IMG/VR virus record: IMGVR_UViG_3300049794_000047
From: a virus
Taxonomy: Duplodnaviria > Caudoviricetes
Strand: one strand, 5' to 3'
Length of the DNA stretch: 64,000 nucleotides
Shown here: positions 9,922 to 20,113 of the stretch, in pieces
How the letters are laid out: every line of letters starts with the position of its first letter
Numbering within the stretch: the stretch's first letter is position 1
Program-made: the position numbers and the translations under genes
Notes under the pieces: generated by a model
Databases searched by the model: none
The model's input: only the letters and a program-made list of their open reading frames with translations
Told to the model about the DNA's origin: nothing

Positions 9922-10277
9922 GGCCCCGCACCGTAGCACATCGTCTTGACCCGTGTGTGTACGGCGTGTATACAGGCGGCGTGGTTTTCAAGCGAACGCG
10001 CTCCCTGAACCTTCGGCTTCGTCCAGACGAGTTGTCGCGCTGGCGCAAGGAGGCTCGCCGAACCAAGCAGACCCTCAGTGCGTGGCTTCGCACTGCCGCA
10101 ACTCTGTACATCGCCGTGGACGCAGTCCCCGCGGAACCGTCCCTCGGTGATCCGATCACCGCGTGGCTTCGCAGGGAAGCCGCGCTGCGCATCGCCGCGG
10201 AGCAGCCCTCTCCGAGGGCATCGTCCCCCAATGATCTGTTCAACAAACGGACAAGGTCCCGGAAGCCGGTGCGATGA
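9915..10277 (+). CDS. RHH/HicB-like DNA-binding protein
   Basis: SLNLRLRPDELSRWRKEARR...TLSAWLR; divergent from the NTase; true start probably near 9980. Confidence 0.55.
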   Translation: MPWPRTVAHRLDPCVYGVYTGGVVFKRTRSLNLRLRPDELSRWRKEARRTKQTLSAWLRTAATLYIAVDAVPAEPSLGDPITAWLRREAALRIAAEQPSPRASSPNDLFNKRTRSRKPVR

Positions 10278-10622
10278 CCTCGCGACCCCTGCGACGAGAG
10301 GCTGGCAGTTCAACGGGGCGAGCAGTGCGAGGCCCTACCTCAGCACTGTTTGATCACTTCGCCGACCTGCACGATCCAGAGGGGACGTGACGCCGGAACA
10401 CGTGCAGGGCTGGCGCGACTTCCTCGCGACTGTCGAAGTACGCGGTCCTCTCCCGATCGTGTTCGAGATCGTGCAGGACCCGCGAGGCCGCATCGCGCGA
10501 CGATGTCGGCGCAGAGGCCCCGCGGCTGGAGCTCGATCTCACTGTAGACGGCGTAGCCCTGCGCGATGAGGTTCGCGACCACGACGACGGGGCACCTCGG
10601 CCTCGGTGCAGCGCCGCGTGCT

Positions 10623-10692
10623 GAGTAGCCGTACACCTGTCTCTCACGTACCACACCACCGTGGCCACTTCGCACTGGGTAGTAAACTACCC
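10623..10692. repeat. Paired GGGT-N8-ACCC site (copy 4)
   Basis: Exact box at 10677, degenerate box at 10623; inner segment resembles those at 15462 and 18485. Confidence 0.7.
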
Positions 10693-10715
10693 AGGCTCTG
10701 CTATCGCGCCCTTGC

Positions 10716-11456
10716 ATGCTCGGGCACCAGGCACGCCATAAGCAGGGCTTGGCGGTCATGCTGACCGTTACCGACATCGATCGGACGTTCGCGGCCGAGT
10801 TGGGCCTCTTCCTCATCCAACAGCCCGTGACCGAGGCAGATCGCGTCGACGCGCAGCATCCCAACGCCGCGCGCCTCCCCGAGACCTGGCTCGTCAGGAG
10901 TGCTCTCACCAGGAAACCCGTCGGACACCTTCGCTTCACAGCAGTCGACTGCCTCTACGTATCCAAGTACGCCGCAGGCATCAGCGGGATGGAGGAGACG
11001 GTCGCCGAGGCACTCCGCTGGATCGCACCGATCACTCGCCACGTTCGCACCGGACAGTACGACGGCACCGAGGTAATCGTCCGCCGATTCGGCTCGATGT
11101 TCGAGCGACCGCGGGCACTCACCGAGTGTGGTGCGAAGTCGACCGGGGCCGACTACAGCCCCACCGCTGCGCAGAGTGAGTTGATCAACGGACGGTCCCA
11201 CGAGATGTGCCCGGGGTGCCGTACGGAGCTCGAGGGACGTGGCGAAAAAGATCTCTCTCACTTGCCCGAGAGGAGAGGCAGCTCGACCACGCGGCAGCAG
11301 AGCTACCTCCGGCGCCTGCTCGACGAGGGAGCTCGCAACGCACGCCCCTACCTCGTGGACGCGCGGACCGTCGACAAAATGTCGCGCCGAGAAGCGTCCG
11401 CGACGATCGATCGCCTCAGGGCGCTCAAGGAGCGCGGCTGGCAGGGCACGTTGTGA
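10716..11456 (+). CDS. Hypothetical protein with DUF3072-like C-terminal motif
   Basis: TTRQQSYLRRL...MSRREASATIDRL. Confidence 0.6.
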   Translation: MLGHQARHKQGLAVMLTVTDIDRTFAAELGLFLIQQPVTEADRVDAQHPNAARLPETWLVRSALTRKPVGHLRFTAVDCLYVSKYAAGISGMEETVAEALRWIAPITRHVRTGQYDGTEVIVRRFGSMFERPRALTECGAKSTGADYSPTAAQSELINGRSHEMCPGCRTELEGRGEKDLSHLPERRGSSTTRQQSYLRRLLDEGARNARPYLVDARTVDKMSRREASATIDRLRALKERGWQGTL

Positions 11457-11514
11457 AAAGCACCAACCCCACTGAGACACAGTCCCTACTGCCCTCTGAA
11501 ACAAAGGTGCCCTC

Positions 11515-12084
11515 ATGAAAATGACCGAAGTCGAGTCCCGCCGTATCTATCTGGGAAGCCTCCTGAATCCCTCGATCCCCGAGGGTAATGAACTGCGAGA
11601 TTGCGAGATTGCACTGGGAATGGCCGGGGCAGCACCGAAGGAGCGAGCCGAGGCGGCACGGCGCTGCGAAGCCCGAGACTTGGCACGGAAGACGAAAGGC
11701 AGCGAAAAGAAGCGGATCCTTGACAGTGTCGATGCAGGTGACAGCCTGGGACACCTTCAACGGCAGAAGGTTCCGTCGCCTGCCTTGATTGAGGGAGCTC
11801 CTCGCGAACGCGACGGCCAGCAACGTGCCCCCCACCAGAGGTTGGACGTACGACCCGACCTTGTTAAGGCATACCTCAGCAATCTGATCGCGCTCCACAC
11901 ACTCAACGAAAGCCTCGCGCTCCACACACTCAACCAAAACCTCTCGACGGGTTCGGAAAGTTCGGCGGGTTGGTCGGACGCCGCGCGCCTGGAAACCGTC
12001 CAGCACGCGCTTGATCGCGTGTGGAACACGATGTCAGAAGACGAGCGCCGAGAGACCGAGCGACGACTCAGGGCCGAAGGATGA
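11515..12084 (+). CDS. Hypothetical protein
   Basis: LRDCEIALG motif shared with 14041-14775; 27-bp internal duplication. Confidence 0.55.
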   Translation: MKMTEVESRRIYLGSLLNPSIPEGNELRDCEIALGMAGAAPKERAEAARRCEARDLARKTKGSEKKRILDSVDAGDSLGHLQRQKVPSPALIEGAPRERDGQQRAPHQRLDVRPDLVKAYLSNLIALHTLNESLALHTLNQNLSTGSESSAGWSDAARLETVQHALDRVWNTMSEDERRETERRLRAEG

Positions 12085-12953
12085 CGGCCCCCGACTACAG
12101 CCCGCTCTGGTCCTGGATCCGCGAGCGTGAGGCGATCCGCGTCAAGAAAGAATCCGGCCTACCACCGCCCTGGACCGACGATCCGATCCTCGCGACGTAT
12201 CGCTTCTGCAACGTGCGACGGGAAGACGACCTCGTCACACGCTGGATCCAGAACCACGTCCGAGATCCGTACCACGATCACCCAATGCTCTGGTTCATGC
12301 TCTGCGTCTGCCGGCAGGTCAACTGGCCGGGCACGCTCGCCGAGTTGATCCAGTCCAAGGCGTGGCCAGACAACCCGAGCTTCCACCCCGCGAAGATGGC
12401 CGCGGTGCTACGGGCGCGGCGCGAGCGCGACAACAAGGTGTATACCGGCGCCTACATGATCCCAGCACCGGCCAAGAAGGGTGCCGACAAGCAGGCGTAC
12501 ATCGCCGAGGTCGTGCTGGGTGACCTGTGGCGACGCGCACCGGAGTTCGGCGCGTGGTTCGCCAGGAAGGCCCCGACCCTACAAGGCACCCACGAGAGAA
12601 TCCGGCGATCCCTCGGCTGGGGCGAGTTCCTCGCCTACCAGGCCGTCGTGGACATGCGTTTTTCGGATCGCCTGCTCGCAGCAGCCCCCGATCGCGCGAG
12701 TTGGGCCGCGGCAGGACCCGGGACCCTCCGCGGTCTACATCGATTGCACGGTCGAGCGCTGACCGCGCCGATCTCCCAGGAGCAGGCGCTCGATGAGATG
12801 CGTGCGATCTACACGGTTGCCCTGCACGAGACAGGCGTGGCGATGGATTTCAGCGATGTCCCAAACGTACTGTGCGAGACCGACAAGTACCTGCGCGTCC
12901 ACCTCGGCCAGGGCAGGCCGCGTGCCAGATACGTCCCTGGTCGCGGGGCTTAA
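12081..12953 (+). CDS. aGPT-Pplase1-like (5hmdU/thymine hypermodification helical family) protein
   Basis: WIRERE.I...PWTDDPIL..YRFCNVRREDD, YTGAYMI, G.FLAYQ.VVD, GPG, N.LCETDKY.R. Confidence 0.85.
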   Translation: MTAPDYSPLWSWIREREAIRVKKESGLPPPWTDDPILATYRFCNVRREDDLVTRWIQNHVRDPYHDHPMLWFMLCVCRQVNWPGTLAELIQSKAWPDNPSFHPAKMAAVLRARRERDNKVYTGAYMIPAPAKKGADKQAYIAEVVLGDLWRRAPEFGAWFARKAPTLQGTHERIRRSLGWGEFLAYQAVVDMRFSDRLLAAAPDRASWAAAGPGTLRGLHRLHGRALTAPISQEQALDEMRAIYTVALHETGVAMDFSDVPNVLCETDKYLRVHLGQGRPRARYVPGRGA

Positions 12954-13056
12954 CCAGAAGGATCGCCGTGGGTAGCACAGCATTGACGGAGAGTTCCAGA
13001 GCATCGATCCCCCGGCGTCACCTGCAACGTACTGCCCGGAAGGAAGGCGGAAAAAC

Positions 13057-13872
13057 GTGAACCAGCGCTGGTACAGACGGCTGGGCACGTGGCGCGACGA
13101 AAGCGAGGTGATCGACACCCGTGCCTACGAGGTCGCCGAGATCACAAACGACGCGACACCCAAGGCGTTCGTCGAGGAGCACCATTACAGCGGCTCCTAC
13201 CCCGCAGCGCGCAAACGCTTCGGCCTCTACCACGGCAGGCCGCTCGTGGGCGTCGCGGTGTTCTCGCACCCTCCCAACGAGGCGGTACTCCGACGCCTCC
13301 CATGTGATCGTATGGCCGGCATTGAGCTTGGGCGTTTCGTGCTCCTGCCTGAAGTGCCCGGCAACGGCGAGTCGTGGTTCCTCGCGCGCTGCTTCGAGCA
13401 CCTGCGTACAAGTGGGATCGAGGCCCTCATCTCCCACTCCGATCCTTTGCCGCGGCGCGACATCACGGGGCACCTCGTGACGCCCGGCCACATTGGAAGG
13501 ATCTATCAGGCGACCAACGCGATCTACGGAGGCCGTACCAGGGCACGTCACCTATGGATCCTGCCCGACGGCACCTGCTTCTCGGAGCGCGCCCTGACGA
13601 AGATCCGGTCCCGCGATCGCGGCTACCGCTACGCGATCGACCAACTCGTGCAACACGGTGCCGGTCCCCCGCGCGCCCACGACCAGGATCTCGGCGCATG
13701 GCTCCGCGAAGCACTCAGCCGTGTCGCACGCCGCCTGAAGCACCGTGGAAATCACAGATACCTGTGGGCACTTAACAAACACCTCCGCAGCGCCGTCACG
13801 GAGCTCGCACTCGTGGACAAGAACGGCGATCCCGTGAAGTACCCCAAGCAACTCGATCAGGAGATCGCGTGA
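13057..13872 (+). CDS. Mom-family adenine modification protein (GNAT-like)
   Basis: HHYSG, FGL, GVAVF, ELGRFVL, NGESWF, SDP, GHIGRIYQATN. Confidence 0.85.
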   Translation: MNQRWYRRLGTWRDESEVIDTRAYEVAEITNDATPKAFVEEHHYSGSYPAARKRFGLYHGRPLVGVAVFSHPPNEAVLRRLPCDRMAGIELGRFVLLPEVPGNGESWFLARCFEHLRTSGIEALISHSDPLPRRDITGHLVTPGHIGRIYQATNAIYGGRTRARHLWILPDGTCFSERALTKIRSRDRGYRYAIDQLVQHGAGPPRAHDQDLGAWLREALSRVARRLKHRGNHRYLWALNKHLRSAVTELALVDKNGDPVKYPKQLDQEIA

Positions 13873-13907
13873 TTATCAACATTCGCTGTTACACGACGCC
13901 CCGTTAA

Positions 13908-13994
13908 GGAGCTGGACTTTATTAACTTGGTCATTTCGGAGCCTTCGTCGTCGAGAAGCGCCGCCAAATGTCCGCGTTATTTCGTTCCAGCCCC
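13908..13994 (-). mobile_element. MITE family A, copy 2 (most diverged, 87 bp)
   Basis: Reverse orientation; TAA duplicated. Confidence 0.85.
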
Positions 13995-14040
13995 TAAGAC
14001 TCCTCAAAACACAGCTCGACCGCTTCGATAGGAAAACACG

Positions 14041-14775
14041 ATGACCAGTCAAGTCAATCTTAGTCCGCATGGTGTTTGGCATGTCACCACCGAGGGCGAT
14101 TGCGAGGGCCGTTCGACGAAGGATCTTGAGGTCCATGAGGGCTATATCGATGACATAGCGTTCGCGCTCGCAGGAGCGGCCTACTATAAGCTCAAATTCA
14201 AGCCTGTCGATGTCAAGGCATTGTCCCGCAAGCCGTGCCTCGGTACCGAAGTTCACGTCAGCCTCTCGATCGAGAGCAAGACATGGGGCACGAAGGACTT
14301 CGAGCGTCTGCTTTCTGGGCGCGGCGTTGCCGTGGAACACAGCGACTATTACGATTCGGTCAAACTGATTCGAGGAGCCGACCCCATGCGGCAGGAACAG
14401 GCCCGACGTGACGCACTGAGAAACGCGGCGTTGTCCAAGCTCAGCGCTGACGAGGCAGAGGCGCTGGGGCTAACCGCCGCCTTGGAGTTGACCGTGCCGG
14501 TGCATGCAAAGGACGATCATCGCCCATTGACCAATGACGAGATCATCAGCATACGTGACACACTGCTCACCAAGGACAACATTGCCCCGTTGTCCTATGA
14601 CGAGATCATCAGCATACGTGACACACTGCTCACCAAGGGCAACATTGTCCCGTTGTCCGTGCACGACCAGAACCTGTTTCGGGACTGCGACATAGCGCTT
14701 GGAGTCGTGCGGTGTCAGCCCGAGACGCGCGCGGAGGCGAGAGCACGGATCTCGCGAAGGGTAACGGCGTCGTGA
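14041..14775 (+). CDS. Hypothetical phage protein with 63-bp internal duplication
   Basis: VTTEGDCEGRST motif; DEIISIRDTLLTK occurs twice. Confidence 0.65.
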   Translation: MTSQVNLSPHGVWHVTTEGDCEGRSTKDLEVHEGYIDDIAFALAGAAYYKLKFKPVDVKALSRKPCLGTEVHVSLSIESKTWGTKDFERLLSGRGVAVEHSDYYDSVKLIRGADPMRQEQARRDALRNAALSKLSADEAEALGLTAALELTVPVHAKDDHRPLTNDEIISIRDTLLTKDNIAPLSYDEIISIRDTLLTKGNIVPLSVHDQNLFRDCDIALGVVRCQPETRAEARARISRRVTAS

Positions 14776-15455
14776 CGAAGGTCAAGCGTCCCGCAAGCGC
14801 CCCGTATTCCGCCCGCGACCGTCGGGACGCCGCACGTGTCCTGCGCGCCGCACGCGACATCCTGTTGGGCACCGAAGATCCGTTCCCGGTACTCGAAGCT
14901 GCCCGCCGCGCAGGTGTGCGCACCAACAGCCGCGCCTGGGAGCTGGCGACCCAGGCACGTGAGACCGTGGGAGGTCCACGGGACGAGAATCAGCTGGAGG
15001 CAGCCGCCGAGCTCCTCAAGGGCACCTGGTCTCCCGACGAGTCCTACCACCCCAAGCTTGCACGCGTACCCCGCTGCCGCTTGCGCGCCATCGGGGGTCG
15101 CTGCACGCGGCCCATCGGTCACGGCCCTGGCTGCGCGCTGGATCCACCCCCGGATGATCTCGTGCGGAGCGTCGGCACAGAGCACGTACTCGTGGGAGGT
15201 CCACCGACGAGCACAGCGCTGGTCGTCGCCTGGGAGGCCAGTGCTACCGGCGGCAGCCTCCGCGTGCGCCGTGACGACCACGATCGGGGTCTCTGGATCG
15301 ACAGCGCCTCGATCCAGAAGCGACGAGGAGGCGAGCCGCTCCTGCTCAGGTGGCCCGAGATCAAGCGCCTCACGCTGGACCTGAACCTCGAGTTGGCGGA
15401 GCGCCGGGGCGTGGCCACTGCAGGCTCGAGGAGCAGGAAGAAGACAGTGCCGTGA
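14772..15455 (+). CDS. Hypothetical protein
   Basis: GTGA overlap with upstream gene. Confidence 0.5.
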   Translation: MTKVKRPASAPYSARDRRDAARVLRAARDILLGTEDPFPVLEAARRAGVRTNSRAWELATQARETVGGPRDENQLEAAAELLKGTWSPDESYHPKLARVPRCRLRAIGGRCTRPIGHGPGCALDPPPDDLVRSVGTEHVLVGGPPTSTALVVAWEASATGGSLRVRRDDHDRGLWIDSASIQKRRGGEPLLLRWPEIKRLTLDLNLELAERRGVATAGSRSRKKTVP

Positions 15456-15461
15456 ATCCAC

Positions 15462-15540
15462 GGGTATTCAAATACCCGGATCTCTCACGTCACACGCCCC
15501 CACGAACCGTGGTGTCCGCGAGACGGGTACTTGAACACCC
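15462..15540. repeat. Paired GGGT-N8-ACCC hairpin site (copy 5)
   Basis: Exact boxes at 15462 and 15525 with near-complementary spacers; begins just after a stop codon. Confidence 0.8.
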
Positions 15541-15860
15541 AGGCGCTGCGAACATGGACTTGGAGCTCTCGTACCTGGCATGCAGTGTGCGAAAGGTCGT
15601 GAGCGTGAGTGTGAGTGGCCTTACCGATGATGAACTACAACGCTGGCGCGCCTCGGTACCGTGTGCCAAGTATGAGCCGGCTGACATGCAGAGAATGGCT
15701 AGTGAGATCGTTCGCCGACGCGCCGAGTCGAGACGGCTGGAAGAACTGGCGCTGAGTCTCGAGCACAACCACCACCCGGACATGCGCAAGGCCGGCGCCG
15801 AACTACGCAACCGGCTCAAGGGAAGCACCAAATGAGCAGCCGCGTCACCTATCAAGGGGC

Positions 15861-16085
15861 CTTCGCCTCCTGGCTAAACCGCCGCGCCGGCGAGAAGGAC
15901 GTCCGCGACGGTAAAGCGGCTGGCCAGTTCGCCGCCTGGCTGAACCGCCGCGCCGGCGAGAAGGACGTCCGCGACGGTAAAGCGGCTGGCCAGTTCGCCG
16001 CCTGGCTGAACCGCCGCGCCGGCGAGAAGGACGTCCGCGACGGCGAGGGGGACGGTCAGTTCGCCGCCTGGCTGAACCGCTGCAC
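15861..16085 (+). repeat. 66-bp tandem repeat, about 3.5 copies
   Basis: FAAWLNRRAGEKDVRDGKAAGQ repeated in ORF 15832. Confidence 0.9.
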
Positions 16086-16151
16086 CGGCGAACGAGATCG
16101 CGACGCTGTGCAAGGCGGCCGGGTGCCCGACCGGCAACCGCGCGCACCCCG

Positions 16152-16586
16152 ATGTCTGCTGCCGCGATCATCCCCGAACTTCTCGCCGAGATCACCCGCC
16201 TGCAGTCCGATCTCGACCACGCCACATCCCACGACGGCGACGGCGACCACCTCAGCAAGGCATCGCGCCGCATGGTCGACACCGTGATGGGCGACCGCGA
16301 TGCGCTGCGGGCGGAGGTGGAGCGCCTCCGCGCCGACATCGGCGAAACCCAGCTCGTGCTCGAGCAGCAGGACCGCGATCTCGAGCGGCTGCGAGGCGAG
16401 GTCGCTCACCTGGACGCATGGGAGGATGTCCACATCACGGCGCAGCAGAATGCCAACGCTCGCATCGCCGCGCTCGAGACCGGCCTGCGCGAGGCCATCG
16501 GGTACATCGATCCGGCGTACTGCGACGATGGCACGGCGACGTCGACGAAGGAGCGGCTCACCGCCGTACTGGAGGCCAAGCCATGA
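16152..16586 (+). CDS. Coiled-coil hypothetical protein
   Basis: Heptad pattern; ARIAALETGLREA resembles the end of 5698-6126. Confidence 0.6.
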   Translation: MSAAAIIPELLAEITRLQSDLDHATSHDGDGDHLSKASRRMVDTVMGDRDALRAEVERLRADIGETQLVLEQQDRDLERLRGEVAHLDAWEDVHITAQQNANARIAALETGLREAIGYIDPAYCDDGTATSTKERLTAVLEAKP

Positions 16587-16804
16587 GCGATTTCCTCTCC
16601 GGTCTCACCCTTGACCAGGCCGTCGACATGGTCTGCGCAGCCGTCCGCCGCGCCCCGGCGCTCCACCTCGACGAGCCGATCACGCCGTTCGCCACGCCGC
16701 GTCAGCTGATGGGCGGCGGACCGCCGTCGTGTTGGCGTACGTTTGCCCGGCGGAGGTGGTTTGAGCGGCTGCGGGCGCGGTGGCCAGACGCTCGCCGAGG
16801 CGCA

Positions 16805-17005
16805 ATGAAACGCCACAGCGTCAGGCTGACCCTGCGCACCGAGACCCTGCGCGTGCTGGCGTCAGCGGATCTGCGTGGCGTCGGTGGCGGCATGGATCCG
16901 TCCGACGAGGCCGGCGCATGCGGCTACACGCGGAGCTGGTGTGAGTCGTACGTTGTTTGCTACACCGGCGCCGGCGGGAGCTGTATCCAGGGCGGCTGCA
17001 ACTAG
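16805..17005 (+). CDS. Putative lanthipeptide-like RiPP precursor (66 aa)
   Basis: Leader MKRHSVRLTLRTETLRVLASADLRGVGGG; core with 5 Cys and 6 Ser/Thr; GAGG upstream. Confidence 0.7.
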   Translation: MKRHSVRLTLRTETLRVLASADLRGVGGGMDPSDEAGACGYTRSWCESYVVCYTGAGGSCIQGGCN

Positions 17006-17247
17006 CGCGGCTCGACGCGCTAACCTGCCAGCCTGTGTCAGCGCAGCGCCCGCGTATTTCGGCGGGCCGGCCGACACAGAAGAAAAGGACGAGCGGGTCG
17101 GCCCGGTTATAACCGGGTGCATCACGAGGTGGCCGTGTCGCGCTTGGCCTTCGCGCGCCGTGCCGCCCTTCTGTGCTACAGCTCGATAAGCTTTAATTGT
17201 AGCACAACCCCTACCCCTAGACGCCACGATCACGAAAGCTCATACTC

Positions 17248-18342
17248 ATGCCGCACACAACTCAGGACATCACAGCGCTCGCTCGCGCCACCGGCGCAGC
17301 CGGCCGCTCGTGGGCCCAATTCCAGTGTACCGATGCGGTGCAAGACTTCGTGACGGCACACAACGCGGCGCCGGACGCCTACCGCGACGCGTGGCGCGCC
17401 GCGTTCAACGCCGGCGAGGTGGAGCACCTCGCTGCGCAGGGCTGGGTGTCTCGCTGGACCACGGCTTCGACCGACTACGACTGCTTCGGGACCACGACGG
17501 CCGAGCAGTGCGGCGATTGGCACGGCAAGCCGTTGCGCCGGATCCTGTGCCACCCCCACCACGCGGGCTGCCAGGAGGGTCGCAACGGATCGGGCATGCA
17601 CCCGACGTGGGACGTGGACCCTCGGATCGAGGAGCGCGAGGCGATCGAGCGCTGCAAGCGGCTCGATCGCTTACGTGCCGAGGACGAGGCGCGGCGCTCG
17701 GCGGGACTGACGTGGCTGGAGGGTGCGACCGAGGCCGAGATCGAGGAAGCCAAGGAGCGCAACGAGATCGAGTCGCGCGGTCTCGCCTACATCGACCTGC
17801 GCGACGAGGTCAAGCGCCGCGTCGAGGCGAGCGCCTCGGCAGCGCGCGCCGCGACATGGGCGCGCTGCCGCACCTCGTTTGAGGACGGCGCCATCCTCGT
17901 CGACGACGGTACACCGGGCCAGCGCGGCGTGTACGGCTGGATCCCGGGGCAGCCGTCGCGCATCTACTATGACGTGCGTGTGGTGGAGCATTGGGCCCAC
18001 CCTGGCGACGCAGAGCAGGCCTCCGTAGTCGGCGGCGAGCACAGCATCGCCCCCGCCGGCTCGCTCGCGGACGTGGCGGATTGGATCGCCCGCGGTCGCT
18101 GCCGGGTCGTCACCGCGGACGACGTGCCGCCCGAGCCGGTCGCGTGCAGGATCGGTCACGATCACTGGAGGAAGATCGTCAAGGTCCAGGCGGGTGAGCG
18201 CACGGTGTGGGTCGGATATCCGCCGGTCGGCTACGCACCGATGGTCCTCGACGCTACCGGCCGGATCGTCCGGGCCAAGGCCGCGTGCGAGCTCGCCCTC
18301 GCCGAGTTCCATGCGGCGAACCATTTCCGTTACACACGCTAG
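17248..18342 (+). CDS. Hypothetical protein
   Basis: 364-aa ORF with GC-rich third codon positions, preceded by an AT-richer spacer. Confidence 0.7.
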   Translation: MPHTTQDITALARATGAAGRSWAQFQCTDAVQDFVTAHNAAPDAYRDAWRAAFNAGEVEHLAAQGWVSRWTTASTDYDCFGTTTAEQCGDWHGKPLRRILCHPHHAGCQEGRNGSGMHPTWDVDPRIEEREAIERCKRLDRLRAEDEARRSAGLTWLEGATEAEIEEAKERNEIESRGLAYIDLRDEVKRRVEASASAARAATWARCRTSFEDGAILVDDGTPGQRGVYGWIPGQPSRIYYDVRVVEHWAHPGDAEQASVVGGEHSIAPAGSLADVADWIARGRCRVVTADDVPPEPVACRIGHDHWRKIVKVQAGERTVWVGYPPVGYAPMVLDATGRIVRAKAACELALAEFHAANHFRYTR

Positions 18343-18484
18343 CCAGCGGGGTCGCAACCTCACGAAGCGCAAGCCCCCTGAGGGACCTGGCGGCGTGCGA
18401 CGGCCGTACAAGAACATACGCGCGCTGCGACTCCACGGCGTGTGACGGCCGCAGAACATACGCCCTTTGCGTCTCTGGCCGAGT

Positions 18485-18543
18485 ACCCGGCTCTCAGGCG
18501 CCACACGCCCCGCGGTGCCTGCGAGACGGGTATTCTATCACCC
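18485..18543. repeat. GGGT-N8-ACCC hairpin site (copy 6; left box reduced to a half-site)
   Basis: Exact box at 18528; inner stem AGGCGCC/GGTGCCT. Confidence 0.7.
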
Positions 18544-19114
18544 AGGCTCTGTGGTCGCGGACTTCCGCTCGTTTCATGCCTGGCACGCCACGAGCAAGGA
18601 AGATCCAACATGAAACACGCGTCCCATTGGAACCTGATCTTGGGCACACCGAACTTCATGTATCGAAACCTGGTCGCCGTCTATCACAAGACGGACCCTC
18701 GTAGCGGCTACGCAGACTACCGTGTGTTTCCGGCAGCCCTGCCCGCATCCTCACGGACCCTCAGCCGCGTGCTCGCCGTCGGCGGCTTGCCCGCCCGAGG
18801 GTTGAGCGATCAGATCGCTGATCGACTTGGAGACGTGCCGTGAATCTCGAGCACGACGACCTCGACTTCTTGCCATCCTCGCATTCAACCGGAGGAATCA
18901 TGTTTTCAATCCTGAGGGTCATCCTTCAGTTCGTCCTGACCACCAGCAACCCGCGCTCGACGTGTGAGTTGGTGCACCGCGATGCCAGCACCGCGGGAAC
19001 CTACTACCTGTACTGCGCGCAGACCGCCCCCGACGGGATCGAGCTAGTCACGGTCGGACACTTCGTCTCCGATGCAGCGGTACTCAGCAAAGCAGTCCCG
19101 GAGGAGAAGGGCTC

Positions 19115-19525
19115 GTGAACCAGGTCAAGAGGGCCGCTCCCCCGTCCACCGCGCCTCGTCGCACGGCTCTGAAATCAAAACCCAAGTATCCCTACCTGGA
19201 TGGTTGCTACGTAGATGAAGGCTTCGATCGTACGCTAACACGCGAGTTCCTGCAGGCGACCGTCAACATCTCGCACTACAAGGGCGCGATGCTCTTGCGC
19301 GTGCTGCCCGAGCCTCCCAAGAAGGGCGCGAAACACAGTTGCACGTGTCCGTCGATCCAGTACCCGTCAGCCTGGCTTCGTGGCGACGACCTCGATGCGC
19401 TGATCGGGGTCCTGCGTGAGGCCAAGCGTATATGGCTGTGCGCGTACCGCAAGGCCGCGCGTGAGATCGTGAAACGTGAGAGTAAGGCGCTTCGACAACG
19501 CCGAGGAAAGAAGGCAGGCCGATGA
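19115..19525 (+). CDS. Hypothetical protein
   Basis: GTGA overlap; ORF track. Confidence 0.55.
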   Translation: MNQVKRAAPPSTAPRRTALKSKPKYPYLDGCYVDEGFDRTLTREFLQATVNISHYKGAMLLRVLPEPPKKGAKHSCTCPSIQYPSAWLRGDDLDALIGVLREAKRIWLCAYRKAAREIVKRESKALRQRRGKKAGR

Positions 19526-19906
19526 CCAACGCGCCCCCAAGGCCTGACCCGCGCCACTGCAGCAGCGAATTCGACGGCATGCGCTTGTCGAGGTGGACCG
19601 CGGTCGTGGATTCGAGCGGCTGGGAGCTGGCTCAATGACGAGGCCACTCGGCTTCGACACCAGCGCTGTGGACAACGCGAGGCTAGTCCTACTGGAGTTC
19701 GTAGCCTACCAGCTCTATCTGCAGAGCCTTGACATCAAGGACGGCCCGCGTTGGCTGACCTTGAGCGATGACCTCCGCCATCACTGGCTGGAGCGCGCCG
19801 TGGACCATTTCAAGTTATGGGAGACCAAGGAGATATGGTTCCAGAACCGGCGTGACGAAATGAACGCCGAGCTCGAAGCCAGCTTTCAGGCCAAGAAGGG
19901 GACACC

Positions 19907-20113
19907 ATGAGAGATCCGATCCGCATCGACCGCATGATCGAACTTCTCCGCACCGCATGGCACAAGACACCTGATCAGCGGCTCGGCCAACTCTTGTGCA
20001 ACATGTCGAAGCTTGGTGATAGCGACATCTGGCAGATCGAAGATGACGTCTGGGAGCGCAAGCTGAACTGGACGATCAACTGCGGTCTGGAGGCAGCAAG
20101 GGAGACCATATGA
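19907..20113 (+). CDS. Small phage protein, DUF1040-like
   Basis: MRDPIRI...W...PDQRLGQL motif. Confidence 0.65.
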   Translation: MRDPIRIDRMIELLRTAWHKTPDQRLGQLLCNMSKLGDSDIWQIEDDVWERKLNWTINCGLEAARETI

